A stretch of 64,000 nt of DNA, from the IMG/VR virus record IMGVR_UViG_3300033066_001351, positions 1 to 64,000 of that record; one strand, given 5' to 3'. The notes below the pieces were generated by a model. The model had not been told where the DNA came from and searched no databases. It saw only the letters and a list, made by a program, of their open reading frames with translations. Source of the stretch: a virus. Its lineage: Duplodnaviria; Caudoviricetes. The position numbers were made by a program, and so were the translations under genes. Positions within the stretch are counted from its first letter, which is position 1, and each line of letters starts with the position of its first letter. This document shows, in pieces, positions 1-8,409 of the stretch.

Positions 1-78
1 CGGCGCCTCGGTGGCCGGTGGCGGATGCAGCGCCATAGTCGCCGGTGGCGGATGCGGCGCCTCGGTGGCCGGTGGCGT
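1..78. repeat. 27-bp tandem repeat encoding 9-aa GAASATG[DH][YR] units
   Basis: GCCGGTGGCG recurs every 27 bp. Confidence 0.8.
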
Positions 79-418
79 GCTTGGTTTTCTTTCCCCCGCG
101 GTCCAAAGCCACCTTCACGGCGCGGTCAATCATTTCGTGCAGACTGATCTCGGCAACGATGGTTATGTCGGACGATGCAACCTTGCTGTCGCCATCTTCT
201 TCGCGCGACAAGGCGCCCGATTGCAGCACCTCGGCAAACCGGGACGTGCTGGGAGGATAGTATTTGAATACGTCCAGTGGATGTTCGCAGGCGTGAAAGC
301 CTGACTCGCACACTTTGACGACGCCGTGGAGGGAATAGGACTTGCCGACTTCATATTGGAAGTCGCGGCACGTCATGTCCTTGTTGAAACCCTTATAGGA
401 CTTGATTGGGTCGGTCAT
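1..418 (-). CDS. Conserved phage protein (KGFNKDMTCRDFQYEVGK family, DUF7666-like) with C-terminal GAASATG repeats; runs off the window start
   Basis: Manual translation from ATG at 418 (GGAG RBS upstream): MTDPIKSYKGFNKDMTCRDFQYEVGKSYSLHGVVKVCESGFHACEHPLDVFKYYPP...ATGHRGAASATGDYGAASATGHRGA. Not in the ORF track because no stop lies in the window. Confidence 0.85.
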   Translation of the reverse strand, partial: MTDPIKSYKGFNKDMTCRDFQYEVGKSYSLHGVVKVCESGFHACEHPLDVFKYYPPSTSRFAEVLQSGALSREEDGDSKVASSDITIVAEISLHEMIDRAVKVALDRGGKKTKHATGHRGAASATGDYGAASATGHRGA

Positions 419-463
419 TGGTTTGGTGCTCCTGCGTGTTGGTGTAGGATTGGTTCGGCTGAC

Positions 464-500
464 TTGACCAAACATACCGACATCAGGTATATAATGTCAA
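464..500. promoter_or_regulatory. Overlapping divergent sigma70-like promoters
   Basis: + strand TTGACC...TATATA; - strand TTGACA-18bp-TATGTT; lies between divergent genes. Confidence 0.5.
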
Positions 501-524
501 CTAAATTGTTGATTGAAAGTGACC

Positions 525-740
525 ATGCAAATCACGGACCTTCAGGTGGAACTGCGGCGCCGATGCGATGCCGCGGGATCCATGCGTGCCTTTTCCCGAC
601 AGATAGGGGTGTCGGTAGAATTGATCCGGCTAATCCTGGCGGGACGCCGGCGCCCAGCGGGGAAGGTCCTCGACGCGCTGGGATACGAGCGCACTGTAGA
701 CTACCGACGGGTAGAAACGCAAACACCGCCGCCCTCGTGA
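525..740 (+). CDS. Cro/XRE-like helix-turn-helix protein
   Basis: GSMRAFSRQIGVSVELIRLILAGRRRPAGKVLDALG HTH pattern; 71 aa. Confidence 0.75.
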   Translation: MQITDLQVELRRRCDAAGSMRAFSRQIGVSVELIRLILAGRRRPAGKVLDALGYERTVDYRRVETQTPPPS

Positions 741-858
741 AAGGATCGGCGGTGTCTGGGTGCTTTAGGACGGTGCTTGCTGTGGTCGTGGGAGGCTGTC
801 AACCCAACCATACACAGCAAGCACCCGAGTTGTCAACCTTTAAGCGAATGGTGCTTTT

Positions 859-3333
859 ATGACTGATGATAGTTTTTTCGCCTCCTTTCCCCAAGGTATC
901 CTGCCGGTCCTGCGGACCAATCGCTGGATCCAGTGGTCGGGAGCGTGGAACCCTAAAACCGGGAAAATGCAAAAGCGGCCTTGCAATCGCTACGGCGTTC
1001 TCACCGGATATAACAAGGCCGATAATCACAGGTCCTTCCAAGAGGTGTGGACCGACCTATCCAGCAGTCCCTACGGCGCTGGGAATGTAGACAACCCGGT
1101 GATGGGCGCCGGTTTCGCGCCGGCCAAAAGCAACCGGTTTCTGTTTATTGACATCGATGGTTGCCGTGATCCGGCCAGTGGCAAGTTGACGGATACCGCG
1201 GCTGCTATCGTGGAAGCCTGCAACACCTATACAGAGGTGTCACCGTCGGGCACGGGTTTGCGCATTGTCGGCGCGTCAGATGGGTGGCCTGGTGCCGGGA
1301 AAGCGTCTTACCGATGGGCTGACGGCCTAGAGGGAGAGGTGTACTACGGCACCGGCTTTGTGACCATCACCTTCAACGTGCTGCCGGGTTACGCGGACAA
1401 GTGGAGTGCCATCGGCGCCGTGGGTGCGGCCTTGTTGGCTGAGAACGTCGGGCCGCGGCGGGACGATGCAGTGCCGAGCGAGAACAAGACGTCCAACCCA
1501 AACAAGACCGCCCCCATTCATGTGATCCGCGAAGCGCTGCAGAATATCCCGAACACTGGAATTAATTGGGATTACTGGAAAAGTTTTATCGGAATTTTGG
1601 TCTACGCATCGTCGGAAGGATCCGGCGAAGGTTTGGACGTATGGCGGGAGTGGTCGCGCCAACTGCCTGAATATCAGGAAGGTGATTGCGAGACCGCGTG
1701 GGAGGAGTTGGACGCGCGGCCCCCGACCACGGGCGGCTTTGGTTCACTGCGGGCTGAGGCGCAGCGATGCGCCAAAAAGACGGGAACGCCATTGGTCGAA
1801 AAGGAGTGGCTGAAGCATCACCGCATTGAGCGCCTTGGCGCGTTGCCGAAGTTTGAAAGCATGAGCGCATCGCCGCCGCAAGGGAATGACACGGGTGCGA
1901 CGACGACGGCGACGGCGACAACGGCACCAGGGGACATGCCAACGGTTGAGTTTGGCGTGGGGGACGCCGGATCGAACGAGGGAAGCGGCTGGACGTCCAT
2001 CGACACAGGTGACGTAGGCGACTGGCAAGACATGCTGCTTATGAGTAGCAGAACGAAGGAGCCAAAGCCTAACCTCCTGAATACCCAAACGATCCTGCGG
2101 TACGCAACCCCGTGGATGCGTGACGGCGGTATGTTTTATGATACGTTCGGATACCGCACCATCCTGGTAACACCGCCGCCGTGGGTGGAAGCCGGGAGCG
2201 AAGAATGGAAAACGCGCGAACTGGCGGAACACGATACAACCTACGCAGCTATATGGATGCAGCGGTTAGGGGTTGATATCTCAGCGGAGTCCGCGTTCAA
2301 GGTTATTCAAGGAGAATCGCAGCGGCTCAAGCGCAGCACCTTGCGCGACTACCTGGAATCGCTGGAATGGGACGGCGTGCCGCGGTGCGACACATTGTTG
2401 ATTGATTACCTCGGCGCCGAGGATACGGAGATCAATCGCATATTCACGGCCAAGACGCTTATATCGGCGGTGGCCCGCGGTTATAACCCCGGTTGCAGGG
2501 TCAAGACGGTGTTGACCCTTGAAGGCGATCAGAACATCGGCAAGAGCAAGTTTTGCGCGTCATTGGTGCCAAACCCGTCGTGGTTCACGGATACATGTCC
2601 TGATATCCAGAACAAGGACGCCGCGCAACAACTCATAGGGATATGGATCCAAGAGCACAGCGAAATGGCGACCATGTCAAAGACAGACGCCGCGCGCATC
2701 AAGGCGTTTGTGTCCACGGGAACCGACCGATACCGGCCCACATTCGGCAAGGTCGCCGCCGACTTCCCGCGGCAGTGCATTTTCATCGCCACGGTTAACC
2801 CCGGATCAAACGGCTATCTGAAGGATGAGACCGGCGCCTCGCGGTTCTGGCCCGTGGCCTGTGGGGTGGACTGGGACGCCGGTAGGACGATGGACGGCGC
2901 CGCGTTGACGGCGGCTAGGGACCAACTATGGGCCGAGGCAGTGACCCGCTACAAGGCCGGCGAAACCTGGTGGCTGGATGAATTGGCGCCGGTGGAAGAA
3001 CAGGCACGCGCCGCTGGGCAGAGGTATGAGGTGGACGTGTGGGAAGACCGTATAGCGGTGTTCCTAGCCACGCATCGGGCGCCGGTGACAGTGGGGGATG
3101 TCCTTAAAACGTGCGTTGAAAAGCCTGTGGGGCAGTGGACTAAAACGGATGAAATGCGGGTGGCGTCCATCCTGAAACGCCTGGGCCGTGTTAAGAAGCG
3201 CATAATGAAAGACGGTATTCAGTTAAGCAGATATGTGGACCCGACATGGGAAGGGGACGTTGTGCAAATGCAACCAAATACGACGAAATCGGCGTCCGAG
3301 GTGGCAGCGTGGGCGGAACCGTCTAAAAAATAA
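859..3333 (+). CDS. DNA primase/helicase (AEP-like primase N-terminus, PriCT-2, VirE/VapE P-loop ATPase)
   Basis: FIDIDGC...YTEVSPSGTGLRI primase motifs; W-rich PriCT-2 region; LEWDGVPR, LEGDQNIGKS Walker A, DETGASRFWPV, RDQLWAEA. Confidence 0.9.
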   Translation: MTDDSFFASFPQGILPVLRTNRWIQWSGAWNPKTGKMQKRPCNRYGVLTGYNKADNHRSFQEVWTDLSSSPYGAGNVDNPVMGAGFAPAKSNRFLFIDIDGCRDPASGKLTDTAAAIVEACNTYTEVSPSGTGLRIVGASDGWPGAGKASYRWADGLEGEVYYGTGFVTITFNVLPGYADKWSAIGAVGAALLAENVGPRRDDAVPSENKTSNPNKTAPIHVIREALQNIPNTGINWDYWKSFIGILVYASSEGSGEGLDVWREWSRQLPEYQEGDCETAWEELDARPPTTGGFGSLRAEAQRCAKKTGTPLVEKEWLKHHRIERLGALPKFESMSASPPQGNDTGATTTATATTAPGDMPTVEFGVGDAGSNEGSGWTSIDTGDVGDWQDMLLMSSRTKEPKPNLLNTQTILRYATPWMRDGGMFYDTFGYRTILVTPPPWVEAGSEEWKTRELAEHDTTYAAIWMQRLGVDISAESAFKVIQGESQRLKRSTLRDYLESLEWDGVPRCDTLLIDYLGAEDTEINRIFTAKTLISAVARGYNPGCRVKTVLTLEGDQNIGKSKFCASLVPNPSWFTDTCPDIQNKDAAQQLIGIWIQEHSEMATMSKTDAARIKAFVSTGTDRYRPTFGKVAADFPRQCIFIATVNPGSNGYLKDETGASRFWPVACGVDWDAGRTMDGAALTAARDQLWAEAVTRYKAGETWWLDELAPVEEQARAAGQRYEVDVWEDRIAVFLATHRAPVTVGDVLKTCVEKPVGQWTKTDEMRVASILKRLGRVKKRIMKDGIQLSRYVDPTWEGDVVQMQPNTTKSASEVAAWAEPSKK

Positions 3334-3780
3334 AGCGTTGAAAGGTGCACTAGTGGGGTGCACTAAAGGTGTGCAACCCCACCAAAAGGTGTGCCCCGCG
3401 GGCCGAACCAAAGCGCTTAAATGTTTTATATATTTATAGCGCTATGTTTTAATGTTTTGAATTTTTAGCTATTTGCACACCTCTAGTATACCTTTACGGT
3501 AGTCTGAAAACAGGTGCACTAGTTAAAAAGTGCAGTAAAAATCTATAACTTGCATACATAGTATACCTAGTATACCTATTCATATAAAAAGGTAAGGATA
3601 AATTATAGTATGATAGGTATGTATATGTATATTGACAAAAAGGGGTATATTTATGAAAGTAAGATGCTCTCTCCCAGAGAGAGTATAGGGAATCGGTGCA
3701 CTAGGATGACTAGGTGCGCAAATAGGTGGGTTGTCACAAAAATAAAACACCGCTTTTGCAATAAACCTTCGGCCACGCAC
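3334..3780. other. AT-rich non-coding region with iterons; putative replication origin
   Basis: GGTGCACTA at 3344, 3357, 3513, 3695; TAGTATACCT at 3484, 3559, 3568; directly downstream of the primase. Confidence 0.6.
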
Positions 3781-3785
3781 GGCGA

Positions 3786-4019
3786 CTATGGACCGGGCGC
3801 GTCTTTCGATCTAAGTATCCCCTTACCGCTACCCCGCACCCTTTTCACGGCATCCGCCAGAACCTCTATCGAGACGTTCGCGCCTCCCATAGCGACCATA
3901 CGAGACAACATGAGCATTTCGTCTTCGCTCAGGTTGTCGGCGTAGCCGTCCCGCCGCAGGAGGCGCCGAACCGCTCGGGTCCGGTTCTCCCTTGGCTCGG
4001 GGTTTCGCGTCACGACCAT
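3786..4019 (-). CDS. Hypothetical protein
   Basis: 77-aa ORF abutting its upstream gene. Confidence 0.55.
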   Translation of the reverse strand: MVVTRNPEPRENRTRAVRRLLRRDGYADNLSEDEMLMLSRMVAMGGANVSIEVLADAVKRVRGSGKGILRSKDAPGP

Positions 4020-4022
4020 GAC

Positions 4023-4307
4023 TCAAGACCGCCACGGCCATACGCGACCGCCAGACGGACCCTTTAATGGCGCCGCTTCAAGGTAGGCGATCATCTCCTC
4101 AATCTCGGCCAGGTCCGTCTCGGGATCCTCGTTAGCCAGAGCGGCAACCCGGCACTCGCACGACAGCCAGGAAATGCACGCGCGGCAGTGCTCCTCGGAT
4201 TGAGGCAGGCCGGTTTCGTCAAAGCCGTACATGCAGGCGCCCGGATCGCCCGCGCTCATGTAACTGCCCCAGTTGGCCGAGGCGACGAAAAACTCGAAGG
4301 GGGTCAT
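4023..4307 (-). CDS. Hypothetical early protein
   Basis: AGGAG RBS before ATG 4307; own promoter upstream. Confidence 0.7.
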   Translation of the reverse strand: MTPFEFFVASANWGSYMSAGDPGACMYGFDETGLPQSEEHCRACISWLSCECRVAALANEDPETDLAEIEEMIAYLEAAPLKGPSGGRVWPWRS

Positions 4308-4329
4308 CGGTTTCACTCCTGTTCAACAC

Positions 4330-4363
4330 CGTCAACATACGATGACAGTTTACCCACTGTCAA
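4330..4363 (-). promoter_or_regulatory. sigma70-like early promoter with TGTCA-N8-TGACG operator
   Basis: - strand TTGACA-18-TATGTT; palindrome 4330-4347. Confidence 0.65.
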
Positions 4364-4370
4364 CGTTTAT

Positions 4371-4895
4371 TTACACAGTCGCGAGCGGAATCTTGCGGGG
4401 CCGTCCGCGCCCGCGCTTGACGACGGGCGGCGCGTCGGGAGCGGGGGGCGACTGGATCAGCCGCGGGCGCCCTGGGCCACGCTTGGAGGGCTGCAGGTAG
4501 TCCACAGCCTGCGTAGGGTCCAGAGGCGCCTCTGGCGCCGTGTTGACCCATGGTAGCCGCCCGAACCGCTTCTTGGGCTTCGTGACGGGCATGTAGACGG
4601 GCGGAAGCGACATATGCGCGGGCCGAGGTGGCGCATCGGCGGCAATCAGCGGGATCGGTGCGCGCCGCAGCGGCGCTCCCGTCATGCCGTCCGCGCGGTC
4701 AAGTGCGTCAAGAGCGACGTGCAACAAGCCGCGAAGGCGTCCGCGCGGGTGGCGCGGATCGGCGTCCCCATCTTCGATTTTGACCCATGCCCGCATATCG
4801 ATTTTCAACAGGCGTGCGGCACCGGCGCGAGTCAGGCCGCGGCGTTGGCGCCAGGCGGTGCAATAGGCGGCTAGGGGGAGGTGCAAGTTTTCCAT
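4371..4895 (-). CDS. XRE-type HTH protein with two C-terminal AT-hook motifs
   Basis: WRQRRGLTRAGAARLLKIDMRAWVKIEDG HTH; KRGPGRPR and KRGRGRPRK. Confidence 0.7.
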   Translation of the reverse strand: MENLHLPLAAYCTAWRQRRGLTRAGAARLLKIDMRAWVKIEDGDADPRHPRGRLRGLLHVALDALDRADGMTGAPLRRAPIPLIAADAPPRPAHMSLPPVYMPVTKPKKRFGRLPWVNTAPEAPLDPTQAVDYLQPSKRGPGRPRLIQSPPAPDAPPVVKRGRGRPRKIPLATV

Positions 4896-4942
4896 GAAAT
4901 GCCTTTCCGGCGGCTGTGGTGGGGCTGTGGCGGGTTGATACG

Positions 4943-4967
4943 AAAAAGGGGAGCCATGCTCCCCTTT
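4943..4967 (-). terminator. Intrinsic terminator
   Basis: - strand AAAGGGGAGC-ATG-GCTCCCCTTTTT. Confidence 0.7.
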
Positions 4968-5008
4968 AGGCGATTGTGGCGTGTGGGGGCTTGTGGGACG
5001 GCTTAGTG

Positions 5009-5146
5009 CTAGTCGCGTTCCCGCACAACGGCATAACGGTGTCGGGTCCAGCAAGCCCGGTAACGGCGCGCAACGCGCTCGGCCTCCCGGCGACTGGTGT
5101 AGGCAGGAAACTTGCCGGCGGTATGGTCAATGGCGATGGTCCACAT
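5009..5146 (-). CDS. Small hypothetical protein (45 aa)
   Basis: MWTIAIDHTAGKFPAYTSRREAERVARRYRACWTRHRYAVVRERD; GGAG RBS; below the ORF-track cutoff. Confidence 0.55.
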   Translation of the reverse strand: MWTIAIDHTAGKFPAYTSRREAERVARRYRACWTRHRYAVVRERD

Positions 5147-5157
5147 GGTCCGCGCTC

Positions 5158-5340
5158 CTATTCTGCGCTGTCAAGGCTGCACAAGGACTGGATCCACCAA
5201 TCAAGCCCTTGATTTATGGTGTCGTCACGTTCCGCGGCTTCCTCGGCCTCTATTGAATTATTGAAAGGGCCGTACACGGTGACTTCTTTGTTTTTATTTT
5301 CAGCCAGGATAACGCATAGGCGTTTGGTGTTGTTTGACAT
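5158..5340 (-). CDS. Hypothetical protein
   Basis: AAGGA RBS; MSNNTKRLCVIL...VYGPF. Confidence 0.6.
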   Translation of the reverse strand: MSNNTKRLCVILAENKNKEVTVYGPFNNSIEAEEAAERDDTINQGLDWWIQSLCSLDSAE

Positions 5341-5365
5341 AACGCATTTTTCCTTCTGTGTTGTT

Positions 5366-5842
5366 TCAGCGAACGAGGTACGTAACCCCGTCAAAGTCAA
5401 TCTCGGTGTAGTCCACCTTGAGGTTGTTTGCCGTGGCTTCCCAGTCGATCACGATATAGCTGGGGAGGTCGTCCGGTAGGTCGCCAATGTCGGAAACCAG
5501 ATCCTTGCAATAGTCCGTGAAATACGATTCGCGGATCAAGGTAGAGCCGCAGGTCCAGTCATCCCCGCATTCTTCGCCTTCCTTCGCGAGGGCCTGCAGC
5601 GCCTTCAATTCATTGGCGTTGTCGTTATCCCAGTCGTTCAATGCGGTTTCCGCGTAGGCCACGCCGGTTTCCAGCAAAGTGCGAATCTCTGGCGTGTCAT
5701 CCTCCGCGGTGTCAAGTTCATCCTGTGCGGCGCTGATAGCGTCGGCCAGGTCCTGCCGCTCGGACTCCAATTCTTCCAGGCGTTCGATGATATCGCGGGA
5801 GTCGATCACGTCGTCGGAATTTGTCGGGGTATTGCGGGCCAT
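5366..5842 (-). CDS. ArdA-like acidic antirestriction (DNA mimic) protein
   Basis: Very D/E-rich; C-terminal LPSYIVIDWEATANNLKVDY resembles the ArdA YIDxEAxARDL motif. Confidence 0.65.
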   Translation of the reverse strand: MARNTPTNSDDVIDSRDIIERLEELESERQDLADAISAAQDELDTAEDDTPEIRTLLETGVAYAETALNDWDNDNANELKALQALAKEGEECGDDWTCGSTLIRESYFTDYCKDLVSDIGDLPDDLPSYIVIDWEATANNLKVDYTEIDFDGVTYLVR

Positions 5843-5875
5843 CGGTTTTGCTCCTGGGTTTGTCTGACAAGAACG

Positions 5876-5904
5876 AATTTAGCGGGGCGAAGGGGCGGTG
5901 TCAA
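5876..5904 (-). promoter_or_regulatory. sigma70-like promoter
   Basis: - strand TTGACA-17-TAAATT upstream of the ArdA-like gene. Confidence 0.65.
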
Positions 5905-6015
5905 CGGAAAAATACAGTAGGGGTTGATTTATTTTGGCGCGGTGTCGGGCTTGTGTATGACGGCGCGAATACGATTTAGGCGACTGCAAGGAATCCTGAT
6001 AGGATTTAGCGGATG

Positions 6016-6060
6016 AAAAAGATTCGCCCGCTTACATGGGTGAATGTGTAAGCGGGCGAA
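6016..6060 (-). terminator. Intrinsic terminator
   Basis: 14-bp stem TTCGCCCGCTTACA/TGTAAGCGGGCGAA followed by TCTTTTT on the - strand. Confidence 0.65.
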
Positions 6061-6103
6061 GCGGTTTAGGTTACAGGCTCAGGCTTGCATATGGCGGCGG
6101 CGC

Positions 6104-6586
6104 CTAGCGCGGTCCGCGGCAAGCGGCTTGTACGATATCGGCCAGGGCTTCCTCGGCGGCGTGAATTGCTTCGCCCAGCAATTCATTGGCGCAATCGTCC
6201 AGATAACTGTTGTTCCGCTTTCCGTTGGCCTGCGGATAGTTTGTCTCAATACCCCACAAACTGGCAGCGTGTTTCATGAATACGGTTTCGCCGTAGGAAG
6301 CGGAAATAACAATTCCGCAATAAAACCATTCATCGTTTTCCCACGCTTTCATAACACGCTTCGCGTGAGCCGTGTGGCGCGCAAGTGTGGACTTGCTTTT
6401 TGACCCGATATATCCCGCGGAATTTGGATCTTGGCTGGGCCAAAAGCCATCGTTGCGCTCATCCGGTGACGCCGAATCGCTGTCGTGTTCGACGGTTGCG
6501 GTATAGGTGATTCCGTTAACGGTAACGGAAACGGACTCGCCAGGAATCACGAACGAATCGAATTTTTCAGAGAATTTCGCGGCCAT
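6104..6586 (-). CDS. Hypothetical early protein
   Basis: 160 aa; shared AGGAGCAAAACCGATG leader. Confidence 0.8.
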   Translation of the reverse strand: MAAKFSEKFDSFVIPGESVSVTVNGITYTATVEHDSDSASPDERNDGFWPSQDPNSAGYIGSKSKSTLARHTAHAKRVMKAWENDEWFYCGIVISASYGETVFMKHAASLWGIETNYPQANGKRNNSYLDDCANELLGEAIHAAEEALADIVQAACRGPR

Positions 6587-6663
6587 CGGTTTTGCTCCTG
6601 TGTTTGCCTTGCTGTATCAGAGGATAGGGTTTTTCCTCTGATACCGCAAGAGAAACTTGCGTG

Positions 6664-6957
6664 TTAGACGGTGAAAATTTCGTCGGCTTGGCACCAGAAA
6701 TAGGTATCAGCATCAAGGCTTCCGCCGCCCCACTTGCCGCACCAGTCCATCTCCGCGGCCAACCGGCGGCAAGCCTCTTGATGTGGTGCGCTGCTTGCCA
6801 TGCCGATATTGCCTGTCGCATCCTGTAGCGCGTTGAATGTCCAGACGCGGCGAATGCCAGACGTAGTTACGGCGGCGATACGCGATGGCTGCGTATTTGT
6901 CGGGCCGAGATATTTGGTGCGGATACCTTGGTAGGTACGGATTGAGGGGTCGGCCAT
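6664..6957 (-). CDS. Conserved phage early protein (TKYLGPTN family)
   Basis: IRTKYLGPTNTQPSRI motif; shared leader. Confidence 0.8.
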   Translation of the reverse strand: MADPSIRTYQGIRTKYLGPTNTQPSRIAAVTTSGIRRVWTFNALQDATGNIGMASSAPHQEACRRLAAEMDWCGKWGGGSLDADTYFWCQADEIFTV

Positions 6958-6980
6958 CGGTTTTGCTCCTGTGTTTGTAT

Positions 6981-7013
6981 TGTCAACATACGCTGACAAT
7001 TCTTACCAGTCAA
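6981..7013 (-). promoter_or_regulatory. sigma70-like promoter with TGTCA-N8-TGACA operator
   Basis: - strand TTGACT-17-TATGTT; palindrome 6981-6998. Confidence 0.7.
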
Positions 7014-7022
7014 GTGTTTTTA

Positions 7023-7295
7023 TTAGTCTGGGCGGCCTTTATCGTGGCCCCCACCGCCATACGTGACGGGCAAGCCGCACGTCTTTTCGAGTGCGGTCAA
7101 AAGCCTGTCGTTGAAATTGTCATACAGCGCGCGGCCAAGTGATGTTCCGGCTTCTACCGCGTCGCAAACATCGTTTACGCGGCCGAGATACAACGAAAGC
7201 GCATAATGGTTATAGAATTTCTTTTTGGACTGGCGTGTATCAAACACGGTAACAGCGTGTGACAGTGTGCGGTGCAGTTTCACGGTATCAACCAT
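7023..7295 (-). CDS. Hypothetical early protein
   Basis: 90 aa; GAGGAG RBS. Confidence 0.75.
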   Translation of the reverse strand: MVDTVKLHRTLSHAVTVFDTRQSKKKFYNHYALSLYLGRVNDVCDAVEAGTSLGRALYDNFNDRLLTALEKTCGLPVTYGGGGHDKGRPD

Positions 7296-7315
7296 TGGTT
7301 TAGCTCCTCTTGATT

Positions 7316-7349
7316 TGTCATCTTATGATGACAGTAACAGCCAAGTCAA
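7316..7349 (-). promoter_or_regulatory. Promoter with TGTCA-N8-TGACA operator
   Basis: - strand TTGACT -35 box with degenerate -10; palindrome 7316-7333. Confidence 0.6.
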
Positions 7350-7385
7350 GAAAAAAGTTTGGCGACTAGCCAAGATTGCGGCGGG

Positions 7386-7441
7386 TGTTTCTAGGGTAGG
7401 CGAAAGAGGCGGAATGGTTCCGCCTCAATCGTATGCCCTAG
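7386..7441. repeat. 56-bp structured direct repeat, copy 1
   Basis: Identical to 7998-8053; CTAGGG...CCCTAG outer stem and GAGGCGGAA/TTCCGCCTC inner stem. Confidence 0.9.
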
Positions 7442-7749
7442 TAAGGGAGGACGATGCCGGGAATATTCGGGCAAGCCGCGGTTCCCTTCTGTGCGTCGGA
7501 ATTGACCAGCATGTTGACCCACATGTGATCTCGTTCATCAATCCGACTCGGGCCGTAAACATGGGTAAGGCCGAGATCATCGCGGTTGCCATGTTCCACC
7601 CGAAGCATCGTGCGTGCCGTCCGGTCGGGATGGCGCTTGGCTTGGTTGGCATGTGTGCTGGTCGGGTAGGCGTAAGCCGTGGTGCGGCAGCACATGCATG
7701 CGGCCATGAAAGATCCGTCGGAACCGGTGCGGTAGAGAATGGTTGCCAT
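7438..7749 (-). CDS. Hypothetical early protein
   Basis: AGGAGCAAAGCCTATG leader; MATILYRTGSDG... Confidence 0.75.
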   Translation of the reverse strand: MATILYRTGSDGSFMAACMCCRTTAYAYPTSTHANQAKRHPDRTARTMLRVEHGNRDDLGLTHVYGPSRIDERDHMWVNMLVNSDAQKGTAACPNIPGIVLPY

Positions 7750-7760
7750 AGGCTTTGCTC

Positions 7761-7985
7761 CTATACAGAAAACACAGCGGTCAACATGCCGGTGCGGAAC
7801 CGCGGCGCGGCTTGACCGTCTACCGCGTACCATCCGGCTTTGTTCATTTTGCGATACACGGTTTCCGGCGCGTGTTGGAAATAGAATTTCCCGCCTACCG
7901 GAATTGCGCGATACAGGCAATTTCCCATGCCAAACACGATTCCCGCCGCCGCGGCGTCTATCGCGCGTGTTTCGTTGTCGTGCAT
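7761..7985 (-). CDS. Hypothetical early protein
   Basis: AGGAGCAAAACACATG leader. Confidence 0.75.
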   Translation of the reverse strand: MHDNETRAIDAAAAGIVFGMGNCLYRAIPVGGKFYFQHAPETVYRKMNKAGWYAVDGQAAPRFRTGMLTAVFSV

Positions 7986-7997
7986 GTGTTTTGCTCC

Positions 7998-8053
7998 TGT
8001 TTCTAGGGTAGGCGAAAGAGGCGGAATGGTTCCGCCTCAATCGTATGCCCTAG
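7998..8053. repeat. 56-bp structured direct repeat, copy 2
   Basis: Identical to 7386-7441. Confidence 0.9.
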
Positions 8054-8063
8054 CGGGATAGGG

Positions 8064-8300
8064 CTAGGTGAGAGGAAACCCTGCCGCATCCGCCGCAGCG
8101 CGTGCATCCGCTTCCGTATCCCACGATAACTCGCGAAACACACGGCCTTCGCGCTCAGCAATCAACCGTGCGATACGCGGACCGGATCGCGCGGCAGTTT
8201 CGCAATCTTCGGCGCTTCCCTCAAAAGCCAGCGCGAGAGGAACGCGCCCGACAAATCCGAACCGGCCCGAAGGATACTTGATGATGTTGAGTCCGCGCAT
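8064..8300 (-). CDS. Hypothetical early protein
   Basis: GAGGAGCAAAGTCTATG leader. Confidence 0.75.
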   Translation of the reverse strand: MRGLNIIKYPSGRFGFVGRVPLALAFEGSAEDCETAARSGPRIARLIAEREGRVFRELSWDTEADARAAADAAGFPLT

Positions 8301-8354
8301 AGACTTTGCTCCTCTTGCGTTTCGCCTGGCCTGTCAACTAGGCTTGGCGTCCAT

Positions 8355-8390
8355 GGCTGTCAATATATAATGACAGCCGAAGCCTGTCAA
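8355..8390 (-). promoter_or_regulatory. Leftward early promoter with extended GGCTGTCA-N8-TGACAGCC operator
   Basis: - strand TTGACA-17-TATATT; palindrome 8355-8378; at the early/terS divergence. Confidence 0.75.
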
Positions 8391-8409
8391 TAACTATTTT
8401 AGGTGGTCC

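Noticed and set aside
7386-8053. CRISPR mini-array or hammerhead ribozyme
   Set aside because: Only two copies, 612 bp apart and separated by genes; no CUGANGA core on either strand.
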